Shown here: in pieces, positions 39,000-48,952 of the stretch
Numbering within the stretch: the stretch's first letter is position 1
How the letters are laid out: each line of letters starts with the position of its first letter
IMG/VR virus record: IMGVR_UViG_3300034072_000758
Span: 1 to 64,000 of that record
Strand: one strand, 5' to 3'
DNA length: 64,000 nucleotides
Made by a program: the position numbers and the translations under genes
Notes under the pieces: generated by a model
The model's input: only the letters and a program-made list of their open reading frames with translations
Database searches by the model: none
What the model was told of the DNA's origin: nothing

Positions 39000-41900
39000 T
39001 TATGGAATGATAATGACGACCAGACCGTTTGCCGAAACAATACCGTTCCCGTTTCCAGTCACACCCATGTACGCACCACTTGCGGCAGCATTACTAATAT
39101 AGTCCACGTCTGATGTCATTGGTGGAACATAGCCCACACCAATCACGGTTGTTCCATTGCTGAGATATGGCGAGGCTATATAGGACGAGCCACCACCACC
39201 GCCAGAACCAGCCGATACTTGCGAACCAGAGCCAGAACCGCCTCCGCCTCCGCCGAAGTAGCCCCCACCACCGCCTCCGCCAGAACGACTTGAGATATTG
39301 ACGGCACCGTTACCACCATACAGCGCCCCACCCGGCGTTGGCGTAGCCCCAGCAGCCGTAGACGCTGTTCCCCCAGCCAACTGTGTGCCACCACCTCCTT
39401 GAAGTTGCTGACCGTTTCTGAATCCACCGGCAACGCCGGTTAAACCACCACCATTACCACCGTCTACGTCAATAGCACCACCACCACCAGCGGCAATAAT
39501 AATAGCATTAGCCTGTATTGGTGTGGAATTACTTATAAAGATACCAGACAGCCCGCCGCCCGATCCGGCGAAATAACCGGGACCGTAAGATGGGCCGCAG
39601 TATCCCCCACCACCAAAACCACCTTGGCGACCAAGTGAAAATGTGCCGGTGACCCCGCCGCCACCAACCCAAACGGTCATAGCTGTATTAGCAGTAACAG
39701 TCACAGTTCCATTTGCGAAACCGCCAACACCACCATGCCAGCCGCCGCCGCCACCACCCCAGAGCTTTGTTGGGAAGCTGAGGTTTTGATGAGCGCGAAG
39801 CTTCCATTCGCCCGCCGCATTCATGATTATTTTGCTGTTTGCTTTATATGTGGTAACAACACCAGTCGGGGACGTAACCGTCATCATATCAGCGGCAACA
39901 ACATTCGCAGTAAAGGTTCGGGTATTAGCACGACCGTCAATATCTTCAACGCGAGCGGTCAGTGTAAGAACAGTTCCGTTGGCATACAAGCCACTCTGAA
40001 CCGAACCACTAATGACGCCGTTTGAAAGAAGTGTTAGGTTATTAGGCCAAGAACCAACCGTACTATATGTCAATGGGAGGAAAGCCGCATTTGAGGTAGC
40101 CTGAATCTGAATATTTACCGGCTCATTTTCAACTAAATTTCCCAAATGACCAGCCGGTGTGATCCATTGTGGCGCAGGAGTGTAGAGAACTGTGAATGTG
40201 AACTCACGCTCAACCAAATGATAATCATCTAGCGCCCCTATGGTGAAGCTATAGACAGTATCGTTACCAACAAACTGTGTCACACCATCAAACGTGGCTG
40301 TATTTCCCGCAGCAGCATAGTTGGCCGTCAGGAACGGCGGTATGGTTGTTCCGGCTGACGGCGAATAATTGACTTGATGTCCATTAGGATCAGTCGCCAA
40401 CAATGTAAAGTTGACCGCTCTGTTTTCCAAGTATGTTCCGAGATTTGAGCCAGTCTGCCAAACAGGAGGCCAGTTTCTTCTAACCATAATAGTGAACGTC
40501 TGCTTTGTAAACTTAATACCAGTAGAGGCGTTCAATGTTACACTATACACGGTGTCCACAAATACTGGTGGCGAAACCCAAGTAAGCATACCGGAAATTG
40601 CGTCTATATGAACATCAACCATGTCTGTACTATCAATCGAATAATAGACCGGGAGACCGTTCGATGTAGCTACCATCGTTTTCATGAAAGCCGAGCTTTC
40701 CTGAACTTCACCGAGATAGGCGGCATTCTGCCATATTGGGGCCGAATTGAACTTTACTTTAAAAGTATAACGTTCCGATGCGCTTAGTACGCTGTCGTCC
40801 GCCGTAACATCAAGATAGAACTCTGTATCATTTTCTACCGCTGGAAATGTAACATTGGATATATATATTTGTGACAGACCATTCGCGTTGATGACGTTAC
40901 TGATGACAACCCAATCCGGGGAAGCAATATCCAAAGTCATGGTTGTGTTGTTTGGTTCAACGATATTGATTACTATTGGAGAATCGGTATCGCTATCCAA
41001 TTGAATCGTTTGTTCCCACGAATCAAAAATCGTGTATCCCGGTGTTTGGAATACAGGTGGTTGGTTCTGAATGACTTCGATCAAGAACGTGCTATTTACG
41101 ACCGCATTGCCGTCCGTAACCGAAATGATTGGAGAATAATTGGCGGTAACAGCCGAAACCGGGATTGTTCCGCTGATTTGTCCACCAGTAGATACGGTCG
41201 AGTCTGGTGGCCAAGAGCCGCCCGCGTTGGCATATACCAAGGTCTGAGACAGGTTTTGATCTGTGGCTTGAACTGTAGCTGAGAAACTATCACCACCAAA
41301 CACTTGAGCCAAAGTGACCGAGTTCGGGGTCTGCCAAACCGGCACATAATCTTCTTCAACATCAATGAAAAAATCACGTGTGGTGACATGATTACTATCG
41401 TCGGCCTGTACGGTAAACTCATAGCGCGTCAGGGAACCGTTGACCAGAGGTGCGGTTCCGCTGATACCTCCGGTAGTAGTATCGAATGTCAACGACGATG
41501 GGAAGTTACCACCAACAATCGAGTACACGACTGGATAGCGCTCGACATCGCCCGCCGACACTCCCGTAGCAACTGAATAGCGTTCAATCCATTCTCCTAA
41601 ATTCGGATTGGTATTGAAGTATGGATCAACGTCTTTGAGATTAAGCATAGAGAACGTGCGTTCTTCGCTTGTGGCCAAGTGATCGGAAACCGTCGCTTTG
41701 AATGTATAAACTGTATCGTTTTGTTCGAGCGGGAAGAAACCTTTGACTTGTCCTGTGATCAAATCCGAACGAGGATTGTCATACGGCTGGAATGACTTCC
41801 TAAACTTTGATACGCCGTTAGTGATGGTGAATGAATCAACTAACCCAAAAAGTTTATTTGTGCCACCGATGTCCGAACCCAAAGTGAATGAATTGCCGGT

Positions 41901-44900
41901 ATAGGTTACACGAGGATTAGTATATATTTCATCCACGATTTGATTGTTAATAACAAGATATGTATTCTTTTCAGACTTCGATAGAACAATCGAATTAGCC
42001 CCAGCTAATAATACTGGCGCAGATAGCGTAACTACTCCCTTAGATTCGAAAATCAATTCATTATTGACGCGCTTTAACTTAAAGCCATCAGCATCACCAT
42101 ATGTGAACAAGGTACAATCGGTAGCATCGTATGTCCCAACAACGATCTCTATTGTAAACTCTTCTTGAAGAGATACATCCCCAGAAACCCACAGATTGTT
42201 AAAGTTCAAAGCATAATTGCCATTACCTTGAGAAACGTAGCTCACAACCCCATGAGTAGTGAGCGTATTCGCGCCTGTCCCTTGGTTGTTTACATTATTA
42301 TTAAAATCGGCGTGATGTGTTATGTCGTAGAAGAAACGATCAGCCTCAATATTCGGCGGTGTAGATGGCAACATCCAAGTATCGTTTTTGGTGAACACAT
42401 ATTCGTCAATAACGCCGTGGAACGGATTATTACCCGCGACCGATCCAGCACCAATTACGGCGTTTGTTGTGCCACTGAATACTGGATATGTCGATACGAT
42501 TGTGCCGATGTACATACCGTCAATAGCCATGCTATAATTGGTATTCGAACCCGTCGCCCCCGGATTGTGATTGATGATCGAGACATGATACCATTCGCCA
42601 ACACGAATGATATTCGACATGATCTGAGACGGGCCATCGGTTAGAACAAAACGATCATTGGCGTAGAAACATTCCATGTTTCCACACTTGAAAAGGGTTT
42701 GAACTCCGCTATTTGATGTAGGTTTAACGAAACATTCTATACCGTAGTTCTCAAAACCTTGAACTCGCGTGACTTCGTGATAACCCCAAAGAGTTCCGTC
42801 CAAAATCGCCCCATTACCAAATTTACCACTGTCGAAATCAGCAGGAGTCAAAGCGCGCGACGGTGTAAGCGAACCTGTCGTAATCATATTGGCCGCAGGT
42901 AAATTCGGCGCATATACATCGACTTCTACACCGTTAAAATCACCGTCGAATGGGATATACTGATGAATGTATTCACCCTTATAAAGACCGAAAGCAATAT
43001 TCTCCGGGGAACCCGAACGATCTGTAAGAACTATCTTTGGTGTAAAGCCGGAACCATACACGCCATTCAAGTCATTGAATACCACACCAGTTTGAATGAC
43101 GTTGTTACCGTTGTTCTGGTAAAAATTACCCGTGCTTTGATCTATGGTGGTCCATGTTGGTGTGACGTTCTTGTAGACCGTGAACGTGAACTCTCTGTCT
43201 GTATAACGGATTGTGTTCGAAGCACGAATTGTAAATGTATACACAGTGTCTTCGTCAACCGTTTCAGCAATACCACTTAGCTTACCAGTAGACGACAGCG
43301 TGAAATTAGGCGGCAATACTCCACCCACAACGGTATAATTGATGCTTGGAGCATTACCAGCGCCAACCGCTTGAAGCTGTGTGGTGAAATACATATTCTG
43401 GACTCTTCCAAACGAACTCGGTCCCTGCCAGATTGGTGCTTGAAGGAAACGAGCGATCACTCGAAAAGACATAGGCGTCTTATAATAAAAACCCTCAGTG
43501 ATGCTTTCACTATGATCATACGCTTGAAGTGTAAATTCAATGATCTGATCTTGAGCAACTTGCGGGTATGTTCCGTAAATACGCCCAGCACCTTGATCTA
43601 TCATAATTCTGTTGCTATTAGATTCGTAAAGTATACTTGATGACTCTGAATAGAAGTATTCAACGATTTGACCATCAAGGTCCACAGCCTCAACGTATGG
43701 CTCGAATGCTGCGTTAGCGAAGGCGTATCCGATTGGTGTTTGCTCCCAACCGGACGCCAAAACAATTATGTTATCGATATGGTATGTGAATGGCTTTTCG
43801 GCTACGCCAGCCGGGTTTTGCGCTGTAACATAGAACTTATGTTCCGATGTAAAATACTCAGCATCATTGGTTGGATTTTTCTTAACAGACCCGGCTATGA
43901 TCGCCACGTTTGTCATCGGATCATCGAGAAGCATGGTGTAAATCTGATGATAAACCGGGGACTGCGTTGGATCGGCCAGTGTCGCATAATAGTCATCTTG
44001 GTGACCGAAGAAATCCAGACCTGACTTAGCCAATTCCGAAGAGGTATTGCTGTTCAGGAAATAGCTGGTCGCGTTTGACGCATATATCATTAGGGTCACG
44101 TCTTCGGCTAGACCGAAATGTCCAGCGGTAGTTCCCAAAACAGAAGGCGATTGCCACACTGGCGTAGAAACAGGCGATGGTCCCGGCGTAATCGGCGCGG
44201 CAGAATAATCACTACCCAATGTCGTATTATCTATAGTATCGCGCCAAACCGGCGCATTGTTATACTTGTTGGTTATCGAGAATGTTCTTACTACGCGATG
44301 ATTCGGAACTTCCACACCACCATTATCTACATCATAGATACCGATGTCGAATGTATAAGTTTCTTCCCAATTAGGAGAGTTGTTGGCGTCGTTAGGGAAC
44401 TTTCCAGAAATACCATTTCCGGTTAATATAAGCTCACTGAATACCGGAAGATTACCTCTATCTGCTATGTAGTAGACAAGACCTTGGTTAGTGTTCTTTG
44501 ACGTACCCACGAAGGTATGATTGAACTCGACCATACCCAAATGCGTACCCAAATTACCGGCTGGTGTGATCCACTCTGGCATCAAATCTTTTTCAATTGT
44601 GAAGAAATACTCTTGGCTTGTTGATAGAACACCATCGGTCGCATCGACCGTGAAGTAACAAGTTTCAGTATTCGCTCCCGGCGTTGTCAGATACCAAGCT
44701 TCGCCGCTAACAACACCGGAGAACGGATCAATTGTCGTGTTGATAGCCGAATTACTCAGTGTATAGATTATTGGTTTAAACTGAGGATCATGGGCTTCAA
44801 TCGTGAATGTGAAACTAAAGCCTTCTACGACATTACCCAAATTGATCGCTGGTGTATCAAAGATCGGTGGGGTATTGAGCCACGACACGAATTGATAATC

Positions 44901-46394
44901 TCGTGAAGACGTATGAACGCCATCAAAAGCTGTTACTGTAACGTTGGTAATGACATCTGCACCGTTATTTGCCGGGGGTAGCTTTCCTACAAACGTGCCG
45001 TCCGAGTAATCAAAGGTAATCTCGGATGGGAGAGGCGTGACGGTGTAGATCAATGGCTTACCATTCGGGTCTTGTGCGATAGGCTCTGGGATACCGACCA
45101 GCGTTGTGTTTCCCAAATCCTGAAACAAGACGGTGTTGCCATTGAATACTGGTGGTAAATCTTTTTCGTTTGTAATTAGAACAGCGAGGTCCGCCGATTT
45201 TATACCGTTCGTCGCCGAAATCGTAAAATCAATCGGGAAAAATTGTGGTTCTTCGGCATCAACCGGATATGGCGACATCGTGCCACTCAGTTCATTCGTG
45301 ACCGTGTTATAAACAATTTCTGGATAGTCTTCGAGGCCACTAACAGTGTAGGTATATGGGATCGGTGTATATGTAGACGAAACGATTTGTGTAGTCGTTA
45401 GTGTCGTGTTTTCCAGATATGTCCCCAGATCAAGCGCCCCACCGACTACACCATCAAAGGTTGGTATTTGAACATATTCAACTCTGATCTTGAACAGACG
45501 CGGGGTCGTATAGAGATCGGTTCTAGCACCAGCAATGACCGTGTAAGTCGTCGTATCGGGCACCATAGGGGCGATACCCGATGTATACCCGGTGGTGTTT
45601 TCGATTAGAATGCCATCTGGCAAAGAACCCGCCAGAATGACATATTCTATGGGTAGAGAACCCGGATCGGCAGCGAGTAATTGCGCGTCCCAGAAAAGTG
45701 TTTCGATAGCTGTATTACCTAGATTACCAGCCGGGGTAATCCATTTTGGCGCATACTCTGGTGGAACAACGGTGAGATAAAGCGCAAATTGTCTCGTTGC
45801 GGCAGAAGAGAGGTTCGATGCGGAAACGATGAATGTATAAATTTGATCTATTTCGACATTGATAGGAGTACCATAAATCTCTCCGGTATCCGTATTCAGG
45901 AACAAACCGGGTGGGAGACTTCCACCGACTAAGGTGTAAAATACCGGAAGATCGAGTTCATCTTCGGCCAAAAGATTATAGGTGAACGGCATATTGGTAT
46001 AAGCCATCGCATCCAAAATACCCGAAGGCGTGACCCATACAGGTGCGGGGACTTCCCCAACAACCATTCGTAATTGTTTTGTTATGCTGACCGAAGCGCT
46101 TGCGGCTTTAACAACGAACGTGTAAACACCGTCAGCACCAGTGATCGTGCCGGTGATTGTCCCACCCGGATTGACAGTCAAACCAGCCGGAAGAATACCA
46201 CTTTCAAAAGTATAAATGATTGGGAGACCGGTTGTTGTCTCCGCTTTCAGAGCTATATTCACGGTTTTAGACGGACGATACATGGAGCCATATGGCCCAA
46301 GCGTCTTTGTAGGAGATACCCACCAGATAGTTGGCGAACCTGATTTATTGAGTGTCAAGTTGCCACGCAACTTGAGTTCCGACAGTCTAAGCAT
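39000..46394 (-). CDS. Giant Ig-like repeat protein with LamG-like domains and Gly-rich C-terminus (fibre/adhesin)
   Basis: Many P-x-W-x-T...LG / YS...GxLP / GxISG / YTFxVxA repeats; WYHV and FHGVIDE LamG motifs; GGGG-rich C-terminal domain; TAAATA 4 nt before ATG. Confidence 0.85.
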   Translation of the reverse strand: MLRLSELKLRGNLTLNKSGSPTIWWVSPTKTLGPYGSMYRPSKTVNIALKAETTTGLPIIYTFESGILPAGLTVNPGGTITGTITGADGVYTFVVKAASASVSITKQLRMVVGEVPAPVWVTPSGILDAMAYTNMPFTYNLLAEDELDLPVFYTLVGGSLPPGLFLNTDTGEIYGTPINVEIDQIYTFIVSASNLSSAATRQFALYLTVVPPEYAPKWITPAGNLGNTAIETLFWDAQLLAADPGSLPIEYVILAGSLPDGILIENTTGYTSGIAPMVPDTTTYTVIAGARTDLYTTPRLFKIRVEYVQIPTFDGVVGGALDLGTYLENTTLTTTQIVSSTYTPIPYTYTVSGLEDYPEIVYNTVTNELSGTMSPYPVDAEEPQFFPIDFTISATNGIKSADLAVLITNEKDLPPVFNGNTVLFQDLGNTTLVGIPEPIAQDPNGKPLIYTVTPLPSEITFDYSDGTFVGKLPPANNGADVITNVTVTAFDGVHTSSRDYQFVSWLNTPPIFDTPAINLGNVVEGFSFTFTIEAHDPQFKPIIYTLSNSAINTTIDPFSGVVSGEAWYLTTPGANTETCYFTVDATDGVLSTSQEYFFTIEKDLMPEWITPAGNLGTHLGMVEFNHTFVGTSKNTNQGLVYYIADRGNLPVFSELILTGNGISGKFPNDANNSPNWEETYTFDIGIYDVDNGGVEVPNHRVVRTFSITNKYNNAPVWRDTIDNTTLGSDYSAAPITPGPSPVSTPVWQSPSVLGTTAGHFGLAEDVTLMIYASNATSYFLNSNTSSELAKSGLDFFGHQDDYYATLADPTQSPVYHQIYTMLLDDPMTNVAIIAGSVKKNPTNDAEYFTSEHKFYVTAQNPAGVAEKPFTYHIDNIIVLASGWEQTPIGYAFANAAFEPYVEAVDLDGQIVEYFYSESSSILYESNSNRIMIDQGAGRIYGTYPQVAQDQIIEFTLQAYDHSESITEGFYYKTPMSFRVIARFLQAPIWQGPSSFGRVQNMYFTTQLQAVGAGNAPSINYTVVGGVLPPNFTLSSTGKLSGIAETVDEDTVYTFTIRASNTIRYTDREFTFTVYKNVTPTWTTIDQSTGNFYQNNGNNVIQTGVVFNDLNGVYGSGFTPKIVLTDRSGSPENIAFGLYKGEYIHQYIPFDGDFNGVEVDVYAPNLPAANMITTGSLTPSRALTPADFDSGKFGNGAILDGTLWGYHEVTRVQGFENYGIECFVKPTSNSGVQTLFKCGNMECFYANDRFVLTDGPSQIMSNIIRVGEWYHVSIINHNPGATGSNTNYSMAIDGMYIGTIVSTYPVFSGTTNAVIGAGSVAGNNPFHGVIDEYVFTKNDTWMLPSTPPNIEADRFFYDITHHADFNNNVNNQGTGANTLTTHGVVSYVSQGNGNYALNFNNLWVSGDVSLQEEFTIEIVVGTYDATDCTLFTYGDADGFKLKRVNNELIFESKGVVTLSAPVLLAGANSIVLSKSEKNTYLVINNQIVDEIYTNPRVTYTGNSFTLGSDIGGTNKLFGLVDSFTITNGVSKFRKSFQPYDNPRSDLITGQVKGFFPLEQNDTVYTFKATVSDHLATSEERTFSMLNLKDVDPYFNTNPNLGEWIERYSVATGVSAGDVERYPVVYSIVGGNFPSSLTFDTTTGGISGTAPLVNGSLTRYEFTVQADDSNHVTTRDFFIDVEEDYVPVWQTPNSVTLAQVFGGDSFSATVQATDQNLSQTLVYANAGGSWPPDSTVSTGGQISGTIPVSAVTANYSPIISVTDGNAVVNSTFLIEVIQNQPPVFQTPGYTIFDSWEQTIQLDSDTDSPIVINIVEPNNTTMTLDIASPDWVVISNVINANGLSQIYISNVTFPAVENDTEFYLDVTADDSVLSASERYTFKVKFNSAPIWQNAAYLGEVQESSAFMKTMVATSNGLPVYYSIDSTDMVDVHIDAISGMLTWVSPPVFVDTVYSVTLNASTGIKFTKQTFTIMVRRNWPPVWQTGSNLGTYLENRAVNFTLLATDPNGHQVNYSPSAGTTIPPFLTANYAAAGNTATFDGVTQFVGNDTVYSFTIGALDDYHLVEREFTFTVLYTPAPQWITPAGHLGNLVENEPVNIQIQATSNAAFLPLTYSTVGSWPNNLTLLSNGVISGSVQSGLYANGTVLTLTARVEDIDGRANTRTFTANVVAADMMTVTSPTGVVTTYKANSKIIMNAAGEWKLRAHQNLSFPTKLWGGGGGGWHGGVGGFANGTVTVTANTAMTVWVGGGGVTGTFSLGRQGGFGGGGYCGPSYGPGYFAGSGGGLSGIFISNSTPIQANAIIIAAGGGGAIDVDGGNGGGLTGVAGGFRNGQQLQGGGGTQLAGGTASTAAGATPTPGGALYGGNGAVNISSRSGGGGGGGYFGGGGGGSGSGSQVSAGSGGGGGSSYIASPYLSNGTTVIGVGYVPPMTSDVDYISNAAASGAYMGVTGNGNGIVSANGLVVIIIP

Positions 46395-46410
46395 CTAGTA
46401 TTTATTAAAC

Positions 46411-46441
46411 AAAAAACCCCACATTTTCATGTGGGGTTTTT
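46411..46441. terminator. Intrinsic terminator ending the minus-strand ncRNA
   Basis: aaaaaccccacat-tttc-atgtggggttttt. Confidence 0.85.
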
Positions 46442-46501
46442 AAACTCAACTTTAAAACTCAAACTTCGTCGCTGTGAAACTTTACTACGAAATTAGACAT
46501 T

Positions 46502-46677
46502 GGCGGCAACTCACAGGCCCCTTGCTTACCAAACCCTTATAAGGCGTTTGTCTAACTCCATTATTCTAATCACCAAAATATGCTTAAAAGTACGCTAAAC
46601 ATATTTATCTTTTAGTGATAAAACACTACTATTTTTCGCTAAGACACCTAACAGGCCATGACCCCTATTTGCGCGCC
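46502..46677 (-). ncRNA. Structured ncRNA with 6S-RNA-like rod and central bubble
   Basis: Interval with no ORF of 60 aa or more, own promoter and terminator; terminal, internal and apical helices found by hand. Confidence 0.55.
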
Positions 46678-46692
46678 GTTCCCGATACAAAC

Positions 46693-46722
46693 AGCCTATC
46701 ACACCATTTTTTTATGCGTCAA
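46693..46722 (-). promoter_or_regulatory. Sigma70-type promoter for the ncRNA
   Basis: TTGACG-18 nt-TAGGCT with extended TG. Confidence 0.6.
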
Positions 46723-46774
46723 TTTAAATAATAAAATTCTCGCAAAAAATCTGTTAGTAAGTTAGTATTCTCCA

Positions 46775-47329
46775 ATGAAGAAACTTTTCCTTCGCGCTCG
46801 CAAAAATATTTTTGATGCGCCGCCAGATAACCTTGTTCGTGTTTACTCGTATCAGCATGTAAATGCGTATGAAGCTGCTAAAGAAACCGGCTTCTTTACA
46901 GGCAATCATCCGTACAGATATGAAGAGTATAGCGATGCCTATACTTGGATGCGAGATCAGATGTCTGTGCGTATTTCTGATTTCAGTGGCGAATATCCTG
47001 TATGGGCTTACTTAAAAAGGCCAAACTTGAAGGCCGATCCTATACCAAAAGATGAATTATTGATTACCGCTCTTGTGCCACGTAAACGTATGTTACTATC
47101 GGACTATAATAAGTGGCATCATCCTCTGAATGATTGGCCGATCTATAAGGATCAGGCTGAGGAAGATATTCGCAAAGACGAACCACCTAGCAACACTTGG
47201 GACCGTTGTTTTGAAATAACAAACGCCCCATCCGAATGGTGGGGCGCTGGTAATTACGTTCAAGCCTGTCTGGACAGAATTTACTTGTCCGAAATCGTCC
47301 GGGTGAAATCACCAATCCGAAGAAGATGA
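46775..47329 (+). CDS. DUF3841-like protein
   Basis: AYTWM...YPVWAY...LLSDYNKWH...LN and QAC motifs. Confidence 0.7.
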   Translation: MKKLFLRARKNIFDAPPDNLVRVYSYQHVNAYEAAKETGFFTGNHPYRYEEYSDAYTWMRDQMSVRISDFSGEYPVWAYLKRPNLKADPIPKDELLITALVPRKRMLLSDYNKWHHPLNDWPIYKDQAEEDIRKDEPPSNTWDRCFEITNAPSEWWGAGNYVQACLDRIYLSEIVRVKSPIRRR

Positions 47330-47812
47330 TGACGACCCACTGTCCGAGGACGAACTATAAGAGCTATCGGACGACGAACTATCCGACCAAGACGAACTCG
47401 ATCCACCGCCACCGAAGCTTCCGCCGCCGCCGCGAAAGCTATCATCATCCGATGATGGTGTAGGTGACCAAGAAGAAGAAGGCGTTGCTAGGTTGGCAAA
47501 AGTCACAAGAGCGGCTGCGTCATCATCGGTTTGTTGTCTGCGACGACGTTCTTCTTCAATGTTCTCATTGGTCTTAGAACGTTTGCTATTGGCAACAATT
47601 TGACGACTAGCGGCGTATTCCTCAACCGTGATAGTCTTTCTCTGTTCAGCCTTCTTTTTACGTTCTTGCTCCAAATACAGAGCAACCGTCCGGTCATGTT
47701 CGGCCTGTTGTTCCGCCTTCTTTAGTGCCGCGCTCTTACCCCGGCTTACCAAAAAGAGCACAGATAGCCACACGATCATCCCGACAGCAAAAGCTAAAGC
47801 TAAAAGTTCCAT
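47309..47812 (-). CDS. Membrane-anchored protein with Ser/Gly-rich tail
   Basis: N-terminal TM helix; FRGGGGSFGGGGSSSSW tail. Confidence 0.7.
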   Translation of the reverse strand: MELLALAFAVGMIVWLSVLFLVSRGKSAALKKAEQQAEHDRTVALYLEQERKKKAEQRKTITVEEYAASRQIVANSKRSKTNENIEEERRRRQQTDDDAAALVTFANLATPSSSWSPTPSSDDDSFRGGGGSFGGGGSSSSWSDSSSSDSSYSSSSDSGSSSSSSDW

Positions 47813-47867
47813 TTACTTTCTCCAATATGGTTAATAACACATTAACTATAATGGATGCATAACGCAA

Positions 47868-48143
47868 TTATTTTCTTACGATGATATATTTTACGCGCGG
47901 TTTGTCATCATTATGAAAATATGTATAATTTCCATAGTGATCCAGTGCGCCATATCTGAAATCGTAACATATTTCATTAAGTTCTTTTATGATCTCGAAT
48001 GGAGCATCTATATTAATTTCGACAGTACCGCCTCCCAGAGAATACCAACGGTGTATCTCATAAGGATATTGAGGATACTTGTCTGCCAGCAATTTTTTTA
48101 GCTCGCTGACGACTTCGATAGTTTTATCGATATTTCTGGACAC
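47868..48143 (-). CDS. Hypothetical protein
   Basis: GTG 4 nt after TAAATA; YSLGGG motif. Confidence 0.55.
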   Translation of the reverse strand: MSRNIDKTIEVVSELKKLLADKYPQYPYEIHRWYSLGGGTVEINIDAPFEIIKELNEICYDFRYGALDHYGNYTYFHNDDKPRVKYIIVRK

Positions 48144-48224
48144 AAAATATTTAGGCCAGATACATTGACTAAATCCAAGTTTGTGTTAGTATCAATATAC
48201 AAAATATTTAATGGAGATTGATCT

Positions 48225-48557
48225 ATGACCGCTCGCGCGCAATACGTTCAGAAGTCGGCTTGGCTCGGTACAGAGTTTGGCGAGTCGTATGCTCGCCGTC
48301 TGTTTGGCGACGAAGTAATCGATCAAACCCCGCGCTATGTGCGCGGTAAGAATGCCGGTAAGTTCAAAGCCTCGGTCGAATGGATCAAGGTTGAGCGCGG
48401 CGGCTGGGTCAAAACCGGCACATATTACGGTGAACCCGAAGGCACCGTGGAACGCCGTGTTGGTAAGCAAATTGCCGCGCGGTTGATTCTCGTTCCTTTC
48501 GGCGGTGGCGAGCCGAAAATCTTCGCACAAACCGGGGAAACCCATCGGTTCCATTAA
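48225..48557 (+). CDS. Early hypothetical protein
   Basis: TTGACT promoter and GGAG SD; WIKVERGGW. Confidence 0.7.
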   Translation: MTARAQYVQKSAWLGTEFGESYARRLFGDEVIDQTPRYVRGKNAGKFKASVEWIKVERGGWVKTGTYYGEPEGTVERRVGKQIAARLILVPFGGGEPKIFAQTGETHRFH

Positions 48558-48568
48558 TAGGAGGACAT

Positions 48569-48703
48569 ATGAACAAGTATGACATCAACGGCGAGGCTCT
48601 ACCGTCGAGCCTCGATAATCTCGTCTTCACGGATGGCGACCGGGTTCTGTCGGATGCCGAGGTCGAAGCTCTCCTGCGAACGCTGGAAGGCTCCGATGTC
48701 TAA
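48569..48703 (+). CDS. Small acidic protein (44 aa, not in ORF track)
   Basis: AGGAGG SD; MNKYDINGEALP...VLSDAEVEALLRTLEGSDV*. Confidence 0.65.
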   Translation: MNKYDINGEALPSSLDNLVFTDGDRVLSDAEVEALLRTLEGSDV

Positions 48704-48950
48704 AATCGAAACCCGCGACTTTACTCCGTGGACCCGCGATTTTCTGATCGAACTCGAAACCCGCCGCATCAACGCAGAAGCGGCGCAGAACGAGGTTGTC
48801 TGTCGAGAAATTCTCGCCACCGCGCGCGCGGCTATATTGAACGCGCTGGGGAAACACGTGAACAACGAAAGGGTTCTCACTACGATCCTAAATGCGGTCT
48901 ATAACCAAACCCCAATCGAAATCGAATTGGAACCAAGAGGCTTCCGCTAA
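48696..48950 (+). CDS. Hypothetical protein
   Basis: MSKIETRDF start overlapping the upstream ORF. Confidence 0.6.
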   Translation: MSKIETRDFTPWTRDFLIELETRRINAEAAQNEVVCREILATARAAILNALGKHVNNERVLTTILNAVYNQTPIEIELEPRGFR

Positions 48951-48952
48951 GT

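Noticed and set aside
46440-46700. tmRNA, RNase P RNA or retron msr-msd as the identity of the ncRNA
   Set aside because: No T-arm/CCA acceptor end, no tag frame ending in Ala-Ala, no GAGGAAAGUC RNase P core, and no reverse transcriptase in the window.
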